The notes beneath the pieces were generated by a model. It made no database searches and was not told the DNA's origin. It saw only the letters and a program-made list of their open reading frames with translations. From Octopus vulgaris (Eukaryota), in assembly GCA_951406725.2 (NCBI GenBank), contig OX597816.1, positions 101,680,001 through 101,744,000 on the forward strand: a stretch of DNA of 64,000 nucleotides, given 5' to 3'. Below, piece after piece: positions 12,901-25,666 of this stretch (the first letter of the stretch is position 1; the number at the start of each line of letters is the position of its first letter). The translations under genes and the position numbers were made by a program.

Positions 12901-15588
12901 GTGAACGAGCTGACTAGGTGCAGATTCGTGGGTGTTCAGTGTAGTTGATCAATAGCCAAATGGCAAGGTGTAATATAACGGTTGTGTGTCTCTATGTTTG
13001 TGTACATGCGTGCTTTTATTTGCTGTATACGTGAGTATCTGTGTGTTGTGTGTATGTTCATGTGTGTTTGTGCGTGTGCTCGTGTGTCTTTATGTGTGCA
13101 TGGATTTTTGTAAATGCGTGTGTTTGTGTATGTGTGTATGAATCTGCGTTTTGAGCTTGTGTGTGCGTGTGTGAAGGAATTTATGTATTAGTGCGCGCGC
13201 GCAAGTGTGTATATGTGTGTGTATGTGCGTGCGTGTATGTGTGTGTATGTGCGTGTGTGTGTGTGTGTATGTGTGTATTTGTGTGTGTGTATGTGTGTGT
13301 GTGTGTGTGTAGCTGTCTCTGAATATTTGTATATATGCCTATGTATCTTTGAATGTGTGTCTGTCTGCTATTTTGTACCAGGTCTCTCCGTCATTATGGA
13401 TGCGTGTCTGTCTGTTTATCTGTTGTTATGTATATGAGTTTGTCTCTTACTATGTATATGTGTCTAATTGTAAATGCTTGTCTGTCTGTTTGTGTGTATG
13501 TCTGTATGCGTGTGTACCTGTGCACTCGGAGTTCTTGCAATGGGAAGGTAAAGACCCAGAAGGAAGGATCAAGAATCTGTCAACATCGTAAGATACGGAC
13601 AAATGATGTTTCTGTAGCGGGGGGGGTGTAAGTATAAGTTGTATATTTGCATGTATATATTGGTGTATGTGTAATAGAGAGTGTATATTACATATATATA
13701 CGTACGTGTGTGTGAGTGTGAACACAACGTACTTGAAAGGATGGAAAGACAATTAAGGATTAAGTTTATTTAAACATCTACCTTCACCAATATCAACATC
13801 AACCGCTGTTGCACCCTCAGGCACCCATCAACCCTTCGACAAATCAATAACGATAAGAAAATGGTGTATTTGATGACCCTGTGGCCCTTCTTTCTATCAC
13901 ATTCCCTAGCCTACCGTTTCACTGAACTCAAGTTCAAATACTTCGTCCTTTGTGACCCGCTGGAGGTCAGACACACCTAGTATTGATTTTTCTTGTTTTC
14001 TTTGCCTCATTCTTTTTATTTGAGAATCTTTGTGTGAAGAGGAGATAGAGTAATGTGTGCTTCTCTCTGTGTCTCCTGTCTCTGTTGTCCGTTTTCCGAA
14101 GAGTTCTTTGATTAGTTTCTCCACAAACATACACACACACACACACCTGCTTTCATTTGATATTCTTTCTCCCTATCTTTCTTTCTCTCCCTCTCTCTTT
14201 CTTTCTCTCTCTCACTCCCTCTCTTTCTCTCTCACACACACACACACATACACAAACACACACATGCATATAACTTTCAGTACATAGTACGTTGAAGTTG
14301 CTTTGCATTCTCTCTGTCCATGCCAGCAGATGTACGGGCGTTGAAAGTGATCAACTGAAATACTCGGGCACTTGGCCAAGTTATTTTACAAACCTAATGC
14401 TATCTTTACCACTTCCTAGTCAACAGATTTTACCGATGACTGAAACCGGGATTTGAAATTTGAATGCAGGCAGCCAAAACCGGTACAGCGTGACATCACA
14501 TCCAATTCTGCAATATTTTGCCAATCCACCGCCCAAGCACTCCATTTATTATATTGTCACTTTATCGACTACGAAAGGACAAAAGACAATATTAACTTAG
14601 GTAGAATATCAACCCAGAGTGCATGAACAAATACCGAAAGGTATTCAGTCCGACGCACTTAGGATTCTGATATTTCTACATCCATAATAAATTAGGCATA
14701 TATATTCTTTTGGGCTATCTGGAAGCTCTGCCATTGTGCTTGCTTTGGAACGGGCTGGTGCTCATGTTTTATTAGCATCAAAGATTTCAAGATATTTTGG
14801 CTTTAGATGTTGACACATGTACTAATGTTGAAGTATCTGTAGGTGACATCATCATTTTTGAAATTCGCTTTATCGGTGGCAAATTGGCAGAGTTCTTTGA
14901 GCGATAACATGAGCTGTGCAATCAAAAGTAAAATTTTTTATTAAATGCTTACTCATTTAATGTTCAACATCTGTTTCCACCATTCTAAAGGACTTGTGAT
15001 AATTAACCCACTGTGCACATTGAAAGAAAAGGTTTGTCAATCCTGCTTGACAAAATTACGCGATGCGCATGCTTAGTTGCAGTCGTTGAATTATCGCAAC
15101 AAATCGTTATAAGTGGTGGAAACAGAAATTAAACATCAAATCAATAATTATCATTTGTTGATGTAGTGTCCTGAGTAGAGATGCCAATTTGAGGCTTTTG
15201 AATATTTGGATGGTTGCAAATTGATTCTGATGTATGTTAAAAATTACATGGATGACTGACGATGGCGAATGTTTTTATTTTTCTGCTTGGTATACCCAGA
15301 ACGCAACAAGCGTTAATAAGTAACGGCGGTTAATCGGATATGTAATAGTTGATACTCTTTAAAACCGGCTTTCCCAAACCGCTTTGAATGAGACAGAATG
15401 CGAGTGAATAACTGAAAACGAAACTTAACAAAATTTTCCTCGTAAAATTAGGCGCCATTCAGAAAGCTAAACGAGTCATCATACACACACACACACACAC
15501 ATTTATATCTATATATAAAAATTACAATTTCTGTCCGTCTGTCTATTAAAATGTTCGTATTTCATGCCTACATAAGAATCATCATCAT

Positions 15589-15619
<31 letters not shown>

Positions 15620-15625
15620 TTTCAG

Positions 15626-15810
15626 GTCATACAATGCTGTGAATCCCGTGGACAGTTAAATATCCAACTACGTCGATTCCAAAACAAACGGGGTCTGACA
15701 TTTAAAGGTCACTGCTGTGATGACCAGGTTTCGTGGCCACCTCTAAATAGGCATAATTGCACTGAGTCGTGTGACTACGTGCTACGGCTACTGATTTCAG
15801 GCCTTGGTCG
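15626..15810 (+). CDS. Delta-like C2/mucin gene, exon A: end of signal peptide plus N-terminal half of the Notch-ligand MNNL/C2 domain
   Basis: ttcag|GTC acceptor and CG|gtaagt donor. Encodes VIQCCESRGQLNIQLRRFQNKRGLTFKGHCCDD...NCTESCDYVLRLL, resembling the Delta N-terminus pattern SGxFELRLxxFxNxxGxxxxGxCC...C...C (recalled from memory). Confidence 0.85.
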
Positions 15811-16674
15811 GTAAGTGTACATTTCCATTTCGAAATAGTTAAAGGAAAAGTCCACGGAAGGGAAGAAAGCTAACAACCCGATAACAGTGCCATTTGCCAT
15901 ATTATTTTAACGTGGACTCGACTGTTACACACACTGGAAGGGGTGAGGGCGATTGGGCGCAGCTATTTGAATGCTGACCATTTGGCACGGTGATCTCACA
16001 TTCAGCCTGTTTTTTTTGTTTTTTGTTTTTGGGGTTTTTTTTTTGCGACAATACCCTTTAAGGTTGAAGGCGCACGCGCAGACATTTATACAATAATAGA
16101 TCGAAAGAGTGTGAGAGAAAGAAGAGAATGACATTACAATTTATTAATTGAACATGATTGACATAGATAGTTTTCCTCTCCTCGTACTCATAAAGAGCTT
16201 ACGTACATAAACAGGCAGAGGTGGGGAGAAAACAACTGAAGCATTAAAATGTCTGGTGTCAAATAAGTCAGCGTCGAATCAGCGACGCCAAAACGGCTGT
16301 TGTACAACGTGTCATACCCATACCCTGCACAAACACCAGACGTTGGACACATCATGCAATCAAACCAAGAAACAAGACAGTTGGGCTGGACATTCCGAAA
16401 CTTAGCCGGTACCAATTCCCCTTGATAGTTTAATAAACTGAGGCCATGTAGCATAAGGAATCGTTTCCAGAAACTCAATGAAATACCTAGCAGCAGACTT
16501 AAACATATAAACTATGTACAATTTGTCCAAAATCTAATGTACTCGAATATCTCACCTACGTACCAGAAACTCCTTCAGCCAGGCAAGCAAATTTGTAAGT
16601 AGGAAGCTATAGAGAACTGCCGTACTAAATGAGTGCTATGCTGTTTTTGTTTGTTTATTTGGAACAATATAATA

Positions 16675-16875
16675 TAGACAGAAGGCCTGAAATTTGGTAG
16701 GAGAGGGTTGGTTGATACTTTCAGTCTCAGTACGTAACTGGTATTTTATTTTTCGATCCCGAAATGATGAAAACAAAGTTAATCTCAGTGCGATTTGAAC
16801 TTAGAACGTAAAGAGCTGAAACAAGTACTGCAAGACCCCTTCTGACGCTCCAATGAATTTGCCAGCTCTCCGCCT
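16675..16875 (-). mobile_element. Same SINE family, decayed
   Basis: Reverse complement of the head (tgccagctctccgcctt) and B-box. Confidence 0.75.
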
Positions 16876-17679
16876 TTTTTGAGGCGGGGACAGCACAATG
16901 CTATCGGGCACTTTCTTTCGGATGTGATGCTCGTATCCACTCCCACTCCCCGTAGGTGTACGTCATTCGGCAGCTGCCATTCCTAAACATCAGGCCTGGT
17001 AACCACATTCAGTCTTCAGTCAACTATATCGACCCCAATACTCGTCTGATAATTATACGGATCGACATTACTTCCTTACGTAAACAGTTATGAAAAAAGA
17101 GAAAAATCAACATAAATATCTACGCTATTCTTAAAGAAAAAACTATGCGGGATTTGTTTAGTTCTTGTTTCCTTATAAATACTGTGACTAGGTAGAATAA
17201 TGAGAACGCAGAGGGTCGAAAAGTCAAAGTACCAAGCAACTAACTGAAATATCTACCCTGTGTACTTTGCCACCGACGCTGTGTTATCTCTGTGACTAAG
17301 ACACAGTCCAACTTACTTTCAATAACTATATCAAATAGTGTATAATATTCCCTGCTGTGTGCAACCTGCAGTATTAAAAACAATTCTGGATGCTTCATTA
17401 ACTTGTAGTGCTAATTTCAATCCCTACTGTAGGTCTGAAGTTGACAATGGAGGGAAATAATTCAAGTGTATTTCTCTATTGAATCTATACATAATGAAAG
17501 TATAGTTACTGATCTAACCAACGTCTACCTGGAAATGTACCAAATTATGCACTGAAGTGTAATCAACTGATTCTTGATTTTATCTGCTATTGGTATTTAT
17601 TTGTCGACTTTTTTAGAATTGAAGCATAAAATCCCCTTACAATGCAAGATTTAACCTTAAGACAATGACTAACAAAAAC

Positions 17680-18130
17680 ACTCAGAGAGCACAAAACCTC
17701 CGCCAGTGTTTCTTTATTTTGGCACTACGGCTATTTTCATTGTCTTATATATCACCGTTCTTTTCATTACATTGGTTGTTAGTTCCACAGGCGACGTTAA
17801 TTTCAGTGTATTTCCGTCTCTTTCCAGCAACTTCTCGCATTCCTTCATTTTTCGAGGTTCAACCTTTATTTCTCGTACCTCCACCGTTTCCACGTCTATC
17901 CCTTTTCCAGTTGCAGCCGCATAACTGTGGCCACCTGCTAGCGTTCTCATCACTTTTTCCACAATGGGAAAAAACAACAATTCAAAATAACAATAGCAAT
18001 AATTTAAACAATAACAATCAATCAAATATTTAACACTATGACTTACGTCTAACATGACAAAAAACAACTCAAACCGCTTGAGACACAACCCTCCGCCGAG
18101 GCAACAGCAACGGCCTCGCAACGATTAGCT
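17680..18130 (-). mobile_element. Probable 5' end/ORF1 fragment of an L1/Tx1-like LINE
   Basis: The ORF contains a GHSYAAA motif typical of LINE ORF1 N-termini. No flanking exon structure links it to a gene. Confidence 0.35.
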
Positions 18131-19799
18131 GGAGATGGTTTTTAAAATGAGAATATCTGAAATAAACTCGACTGCTCTCACAAACGAGAATATTAAAAAT
18201 AAACTCGACCGCTCTCAAAAATTAAGTTTTAAAAAATAGGGAAATAATCCAGAATCCTTGTAAGGCGGCGAGCTTGCAATGCACTTAGTTTGGTTCCATT
18301 TTACTGTATCGATGTTACATATATAAAAGGTGATGAAGAAAAAACAAAAACATTTACTAGCACTATCATAATACCACGTGAAAACACCTGTGGTAATTCT
18401 TCACAAGCTTCTACAAACTCAGTTAATGTGCGTGTTTGCGTTTGTGTGCGTGTCTGTGTGTTGGGGATCATGTATGCAAGGTGTAGCTAAAGAAATAAAG
18501 ATGGAAAAAAAATTATTGAGAAAAAGGGAAATACACAGAAGTATAAATAAAGATTTCCGGAAAATACTCGCTAGCATATTTTGAAAGGACACACTTGTTA
18601 ATCTATAAGGGAAAAAAGAAAAAGCTACAAAAATGCAAAAACAAATTAAAGCCATCCCGACAGCTGATTAGCAAGTACTTTCATTTGTAATTTTAAGATT
18701 TAAAATGATGACACTTTTCACAGGAAAGTGTAAAGTCGACCAAACAGAACGTGTCTCAGGGTTATGATTATAGTTAAGATTAGAATAGGCCTTTATTCTA
18801 ACAACACTGATTTTAGAAAATTTGGGACAAGGTTAATATCACAACATTCTTAACAAAATACAAAAGGAATTTTGTGATATTTATCTCTGTGTTTGTTTTT
18901 TCTGAGACATTAGTAACGCATGTGAATTGAATATATTTAAATTTTGGCTACAGAATGGGTACAGTTGAAAGTCACCATGTACAAAGTGTAGGATCAAGTC
19001 CTGAAACCGGTATTATGTTATATCAAGCTAATACGAATAACTGGCAACGCAGTACTTCATTAAGCTGAAAGTTACGATTTACTAAGAGGAATAGTTGTTC
19101 AGTGTTTTATTAGCTTGTAGGGATGAATGTGTTTCTTCCAGTAGGCCTAAGACCATGGTGGAAACACTTACAACACGACCATACATTCAATTATATCGAC
19201 ACCAATTCAAAGTGGGTTCGAAAACAAATTATTGCTTTTACCCCAGTGAGAATAGGGACTAGTGTTATGAAACTTTTAACTGATCAAATGATTCTACATT
19301 ATGGAGTGGTATGTGTGTGTGTGTGTGTGAGGGAGAGAGAGAGGTGATTGGTTATTTCAACTGAGTGCGTAGATAATGACAGTCTTCCTGAACACTGTTG
19401 TGCGAGGTTTTGAATAAAATGATAAAAATTAACTACAGTAGCTTCCCCGCTAATGTGCATTAGTGATTTTAATTAGAAACAATATTTATTTTTGGAGAAA
19501 AGCGGCATTATCGTTCTGGATAAGAACAGTCAACACTGACAAAATTTGGACTCAGAAGATAGTGCTACGGCTGTAACATTTGACAGCGATTCTGTGACCC
19601 CAGTTGCATATAATCAGATGAACAATGACCAGCATCGTGAAAGTAGCCATGTCCTGAATATAGATGTAATTTCCCGTGGGAAACATTTAATTCTACTTAA
19701 ATTGCTTAGGTACGAACATTACATACTTACTATCTCCTCCTATATGCGTGAAATCCCCGAAAAAAAACCCAGAAACAAAACGTGTGTAATTGAGTATTC

Positions 19800-20163
19800 T
19801 TTTCTACTCTTGGCCTGAAAGTTTTGGGGGAGGGGAGCCAATCGATTAGATCGATCCCAGTACACAACTGATACTTAATTTACCGACCTTGGAGGGATGA
19901 AAGGCAAAGTCGACCTCGTTGGAATTTGAACGTAAAAACAGACGAAATACCTATTTCTTTACTCCTCACAGGGGGCTAAACACAGAGAGGAAAAACAAGG
20001 ACAGATAAACGGATTAAGTCGATTATATCGACCCCAGTGCGTAACTGGTACTTAATTTATCGACCCCGAAAGGATGAAAGGCAAAGTCGACCTCGGCGGA
20101 ATTTGAACTCAGAAAATAGACAGACGAAATATGTGCTAACGTTTCTGCCAGTTTGCCGCCTTG
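19800..20163 (-). mobile_element. Same SINE family, dimer
   Basis: Two central boxes, nearly identical to the units at 4305-4882. Confidence 0.9.
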
Positions 20164-20382
20164 TGTGTAATTGAGTATTGAATTACTGGTTAGGTTTGTT
20201 ATATTCTATTATCCTGAAGATTTTTTTATTATATTGCAAAAGTGGGGAATGTATATTCTTGGTGTTCCAATCTTCAATAAAAGAATCAAGCGAGGAACGT
20301 ATTTGGTACGCTAAATCTACTTTTCAAGAATTTAATACGAACTAGTTGTCTAGTTCTTTTATACTTATTTGCTACTTTTTTT

Positions 20383-20555
20383 TATTACCTCTGCCTTCTC
20401 GGAGTTGGAGGTATTGTTTTCAGTCGCGTTTGTTTGTTTTCAAGAACCGCTGGAAGTATTCGGATGAAACTTTCAGGGATGTTTGGCCTTGTGACTGGCA
20501 CAAACTCATTAGATTTTGGGATTCGGTACCAGACAAGGATTCTGGATTCTTTTCT
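20383..20555. mobile_element. Helentron/DINE-like non-autonomous fragment
   Basis: Begins in a T-run with TTATTACCTCTGCC...GGAGGTATTGTTTT (short sub-terminal hairpin) followed by GTTT repeats. Confidence 0.45.
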
Positions 20556-20557
20556 AC

Positions 20558-20702
20558 TCTAGTCACAAGGCCCGAAATTTTGGGGGAGGAGGCCAGTCGA
20601 TTAGATCGATCCCAATACGCAACTGGTAATTAATTTATCGACACCGAAAGGAGGAAAGGCAAAGTCAACCTCAGCGGAATTTGAACTCAGAACGTAAAGA
20701 CA
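20558..20702 (-). mobile_element. Same SINE family, partial
   Basis: B-box, central box and 3' part are present. Confidence 0.85.
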
Positions 20703-21660
20703 TAGTTTGTTTTCTTTCTCAATTAAGACTACGTCCGGCTTTCTATTCTCAATCTCATGGTCGCACTGAGTCATAAAATCCCATAGGATCTTTGCATTTC
20801 TATTTTCGACAATGCCTTCAGGTTTGTAGTCGTACCAATTTTTTGCTCTGTCAAGTCCATACTTGTTACAAAGTGTCCAATGGACAAGCCTGGCTATATT
20901 GTCGTGGCGTCTCTTATATTCCTTCTGGGCTAGTGGCGTACATTGGCTGGTAATATACCATACGGTTTCACCGTTTTTTCCACAGATTCTGCACTTATCA
21001 CTTTCTGATGAGTTGTCTATTCTGTATTTTATGTAGTTTGTTCTTAGTGCTTGTTCTTGGGGAGCACAGATTAGGGCCTCCGTTTCCGGTTTTAAATCAC
21101 TTTTAGTCATCCACAGCCATCTTTTTTCTCTGTCTGTGTTATCTTCAGCATCCCTATGAAATTGCCCATGTATTCTTTTCTTTACCCTCCTATTTTCAGT
21201 TGCACTCGTTTTCACATTCTTGTATAGTGCTTTATCTTTGCAATCTTTTATCCTACACAAGCCTGACCTTCTTACTTCTAATAATAGCGGTTCTATGTCA
21301 TTTCTTACATACCATGTAATGTTGTTTTCTTCTGCTCTAATGCTGTGTTCACATCCAATAAGTCCTTTCCCTCCTTTTTCTTGGTACATACAGTCTGTCT
21401 GTGTCACTTTTGGGGTGGAGTGACCCATATCTAATTAACAACTTCCCTGTCTTACTGTCTAAACTGTTTAGTGTGTCTACTGTCCATATGATTACTGCAG
21501 CTCCATATATAAAGAGTGGAACCACCCAGGTGTTGATAGCTTCGATCTTATTCCTTCCGTTTAATTTCCACTTAAGGATCAGTCTCAGTCAGCGTAAGTA
21601 CTCCACCTTAAGTTTTTCTGTCATTTCTTTCTCTATTAATTTATCCATTATTTTTTTCAT
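20703..21660 (-). mobile_element. R4/Dong-like RLE LINE fragment
   Basis: GGKGL, HGQF, ETEALICAxQEQALRT, CRICG..ETVWYITSQC..RRHDNIA, ILWDF and RKPDVV (CCHC knuckle plus RLE). Confidence 0.85.
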
Positions 21661-21756
21661 TTCTTTCTCCAGTAATTCATCTGTCATTTGGTTAATAAGT
21701 TTGCTTGTGGTATCTGGTTCAGTCCCACTTCGTCTTGATAAATTAATGGAGATTGA

Positions 21757-21826
<70 letters not shown>

Positions 21827-21841
21827 TTTATTTTTATTATT

Positions 21842-22051
21842 AAAGGCGGCGAGCTGGCAGAATCGTTAGCACGCCGGATGAAATGTTTAGCGGTATTTCG
21901 CTTGTCGCAATGTTCTGAGTTCAAATACCGACGAGGTCGACTTTGCCTTTCATCTTTTCGGGGGTCGATAAATTAAGTACCATTGAAACACTGGGGTCGA
22001 TGTAATCAACACATCACGTCCTCCAAATTTCAAGCCTATAGTAGAAACGAT
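21842..22051 (+). mobile_element. Same SINE family, monomer
   Basis: AAGGCGGCGAGCTGGCAGAATCGTTAGC head, inserted after an (ATT)n tract. Confidence 0.9.
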
Positions 22052-22563
22052 TATTATTGTTATTTTTATTATTCAGTAGTGTTATTTTTATCTGTGTGCC
22101 TTGGGTATGTACTGTGGTTTGTTGTGATGCTCTTATTTTTACTATATTGAAAGTGTTTTAAGTAAGATGTGTGCACTGTCTAGTAGTGCTATTTTCTGTA
22201 TGTTGTATATACTTGTTAGTTCTGATGTTTTTGTTATGTATTTGTCTGAACATTTTTTTTATCATACCTAATGCGCCTACTATGATAGGAATTGTTTCTG
22301 CTTTTAGACTCCACATTCGAGTTACCTCAATTTCCAGGTCATTGTATTTTGAAAGTTTCTCCATTTCTTTTAGAGAAACGTTGTCAGCTGTTGGTAGTGA
22401 TACATCAATTAGAAAGCATTTTTTCTTCGTGATCTCTGACAATTATATTTGGCCTATTGGCCTTAATTTCTCTATCAGTGTGTTTTGGCATATCCCAGAG
22501 TATGGTTGCTTTCTCATTTTCTGTGATCTTTTCTGGCGTGTGCCTATACCAACTTTTTCTGTT
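22052..22563 (-). mobile_element. Second R4/Dong-like LINE 3' end with TAA-rich tail
   Basis: ILWDMP..TDREIKANRP, CFLIDVSLP, EKLSKYxDL and IPIIVGALG. The 3' UTR ends in a TAA run. Confidence 0.85.
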
Positions 22564-22899
22564 GCTATTCCATGCAAAAGCAATTACGGCTGTAACAGCA
22601 ACAAAAGTAGTGAAATCAACAGCTACAAAAACACCGTCCTCAAGAACCCTCACAGTGCTAACAGCAGCAGCAACTGGAAGCCCTCAAATAACAACAGCAA
22701 AACAAAAAGGGAATGACCGCACCCCACTACCACAAGACCCTCCCTGCTTACACCAATAAATAGCACACAAACACACATAAAAATAGCATCGAAATCGCAC
22801 AAAACTTATACAACTACATAAAAAGCAAATACCCAGACGAAGTAGGAAACTTCAGGGGGATATCAATAAAAGACTAAGGAAACAGTTGCATGTGGAAAC

Positions 22900-23752
22900 A
22901 CCCATAGGCAACCGGAGGGTTGAAACTCCTGTCCTTCCATAGAAATAAGATAAATTGGTCGTAAGTTGATTCTTTCTAACTTTCCTCTCTCCTATCGTAC
23001 ATTGCCGTACTCAGAATCGGCAGTGCAAATGTACGTAACCAACCGAAGCCCGTGGATAATTTCCAGAAATCTCTGTTGTCAGTTCAAGATAACTCGACAG
23101 ACATCGGATTCATCCGGTCCTGCCCGAGACGCGTGAAGAGCAATGAAACGTTCTGCATGCACTCCCCTAGTGTCCGAGTATTTCTGACTTGTGGGTTTAT
23201 GTCAAACCTCTACTGTCGCGTGTATGATGGATCCAGCTGAGAAAATCGTCCTACTGCCCTGCTGTAACGAGGAAGGACAGGCAGCGTTTATCTACCAAGT
23301 AGTCTTGGCGAAAAAAGTTAAGTGGTGGACCAGACTGAAAGAACTGAAGTCGATCACCTTCCTCTTTATTCAAGCTTTCATCAACTTTTTCATGTTCCAC
23401 TTGCAAAGGACGAGAGTGGAGAGAGAAATTCTGCCTTCCAACAAATTTGTTGAAAGCTGGATAAGAATAGTAAGAATGGTCTCAGTACACGGCTCTCCTC
23501 TGAGCATGCGTCTGTAGGGAGAGGATGCTTGCCCTAATAGTCAGGGTGACCGTGGTTTTGTGGCGTTTCCACGAGCATCACTCGGAAGTTTTCCCCCTTT
23601 GAGGGAATTATTTCTTGTTTGACATTTTTGCTTCTTTTTTAGTTATTTTATTTTTTACGGTTTCATGTAACCCCACATTGTATTGAATACTATAGTATCG
23701 TCCTCTCCTCCTTGATCTTTTTACAATTTCTAGGTGATTAATAAAGAAACCA

Positions 23753-23807
<55 letters not shown>

Positions 23808-23827
23808 CATTATTATTATTATTATTA
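22900..23827 (+). mobile_element. L1/Tx1-like LINE 3' fragment with (ATT)n tail
   Basis: Decayed zf-RVT (CPR...NET.LHA..CP) and AKK.KWWTRLK..RVERE...FVESW, then AATAAA and an (ATT)n tail. Confidence 0.6.
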
Positions 23828-23858
23828 ATGTATTTTTGTTGTTTGTTTTTCACCCCAG

Positions 23859-23967
23859 AGCCAACGATCACGTGTTCAGATTTCATCAACCGGTCAAATA
23901 TAACTCTAACAGTATTGATTTCGAAGGCTCTTATCCTCAAATGTCAGTTCCGTTTGACCACTGGCCG
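23859..23967 (+). CDS. Delta-like C2/mucin gene, exon B (MNNL/C2 middle)
   Basis: ccccag|A acceptor completes CG+A=Arg from exon A. Encodes ANDHVFRFHQPVKYNSNSIDFEGSYPQMSVPFDHWP with a phase-0 CCG|gtaagt donor. PFxxWP matches the Delta PFxFxWP motif. Confidence 0.85.
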
Positions 23968-24261
23968 GTAAGTGACATAACATAAAAATTATCACTTATA
24001 TGACATCCGCTTTGTGAAATAAAAGTCTTAACATTGTCAAAATCCTTTATCATAGATTAAATAAGTTCTCACGACTTCAAAGATTTATTCATCATACAAT
24101 ACAACTAGGCAATCCGTCCTTCATCCACTCATTTCACATTTTTTCAGTTTGCTGTTACCTACGCCACGCATTTCAGGTGACAAAATACCCACCATCAATC
24201 CTTGCAACTACTTGTTTAAAAGCTCTATAGACTTGGCTCTGTCACTACATCACTGATAACG

Positions 24262-24353
<92 letters not shown>

Positions 24354-24497
24354 ATGTAATTTTTTTTCAGCAGTAATATTTTATGTAGTCGTAGGTTATG
24401 GACGGTCAGAAAGCTACTACTGGTTTTATGTCTGTTATTGTTCTTAATAGACGTGAAATCAATGTTAATTTTCTGACCGGCCACAACTTTTGACTAC

Positions 24498-24568
<71 letters not shown>

Positions 24569-24571
<3 letters not shown>

Positions 24572-25090
24572 AAGTCATAAATAACAGTGAAATAGTTTGA
24601 TAAAATTATATTTGACAATAAGAAAATTCAAATTTCACAAATTGTTTCGTAACTTAAAAGCATGTAAATAAGTTATGCTATTATATTTAATAATTCAAGG
24701 CCTTATGCCTAGAGTGAAAATAATCATTATATTTAATAATAAATAAATTATTTACATGAACGCACTGATGCCAAATGCAAAAACCCTTTCAAAATAACGC
24801 AGAATTTAAGCTTTCGTCCCCAGGTGAATGTCATCCTTAATCTTTTCAATTTTGAATTTGCGTTACGTCGAGAACTTAGTATTTAACAAAGACTTTTTTC
24901 ATCTGTGGGCGTAACTTAAATTCTGTATTATTTTGAAAGACTTCTTACTTTTGGCATTAATGCAGACATGTAATTTATTTATTATCAAATATAATTATAT
25001 AAATTATTTACACATTTGTCGTGATATTTTAATTTTCTTATTGCTAAATAAAATTTCATCAAACTATTTCTCTGCCATTTATGATTTTAT
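24569..25090. mobile_element. Foldback/MITE-like element with long imperfect terminal inverted repeats
   Basis: aaagtcataaataacagtgaaatagtttgataaaattatatttgacaataagaaaatt matches the reverse complement of about 25031-25088. Inner arms at about 24755-24825 and 24898-24970 also pair. Confidence 0.75.
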
Positions 25091-25208
25091 ATTCTCATTA
25101 TAGTTCCGTCTTGTATTATACTATATATTCTATATGTTTTGTAGAATGATACGTTAAGGAGCTTTTTTTATGAGTACTTCCGGACTATTTAAATTTATAT
25201 ATTGTGAC

Positions 25209-25288
<80 letters not shown>

Positions 25289-25599
25289 TTATACAAGAAT
25301 GTTGTTGAGAGTGCCTTGAATGTTTCGGCCATCTAATCCATCGCCGAGTTGCCCAACGATGGCTTAGCTTGCCGAAACTTCGAAGTCGTTATCAACAACA
25401 GTCTTGTTTACAAATGATAAATTTGTAATCTACAAAAGTATAGAGTAACCTATCAGATTACTGTAAAATTGTTTTTTTATTATAAGTGAGTATAAAAGCA
25501 AGCAAGAACCGAAACATGTAAAATTCATAAGAAAATTAAAATTTATCTAATATAGTGGCGTTTTCAAACTTCTTTTTTACACACACACACACACACACA

Positions 25600-25666
<67 letters not shown>

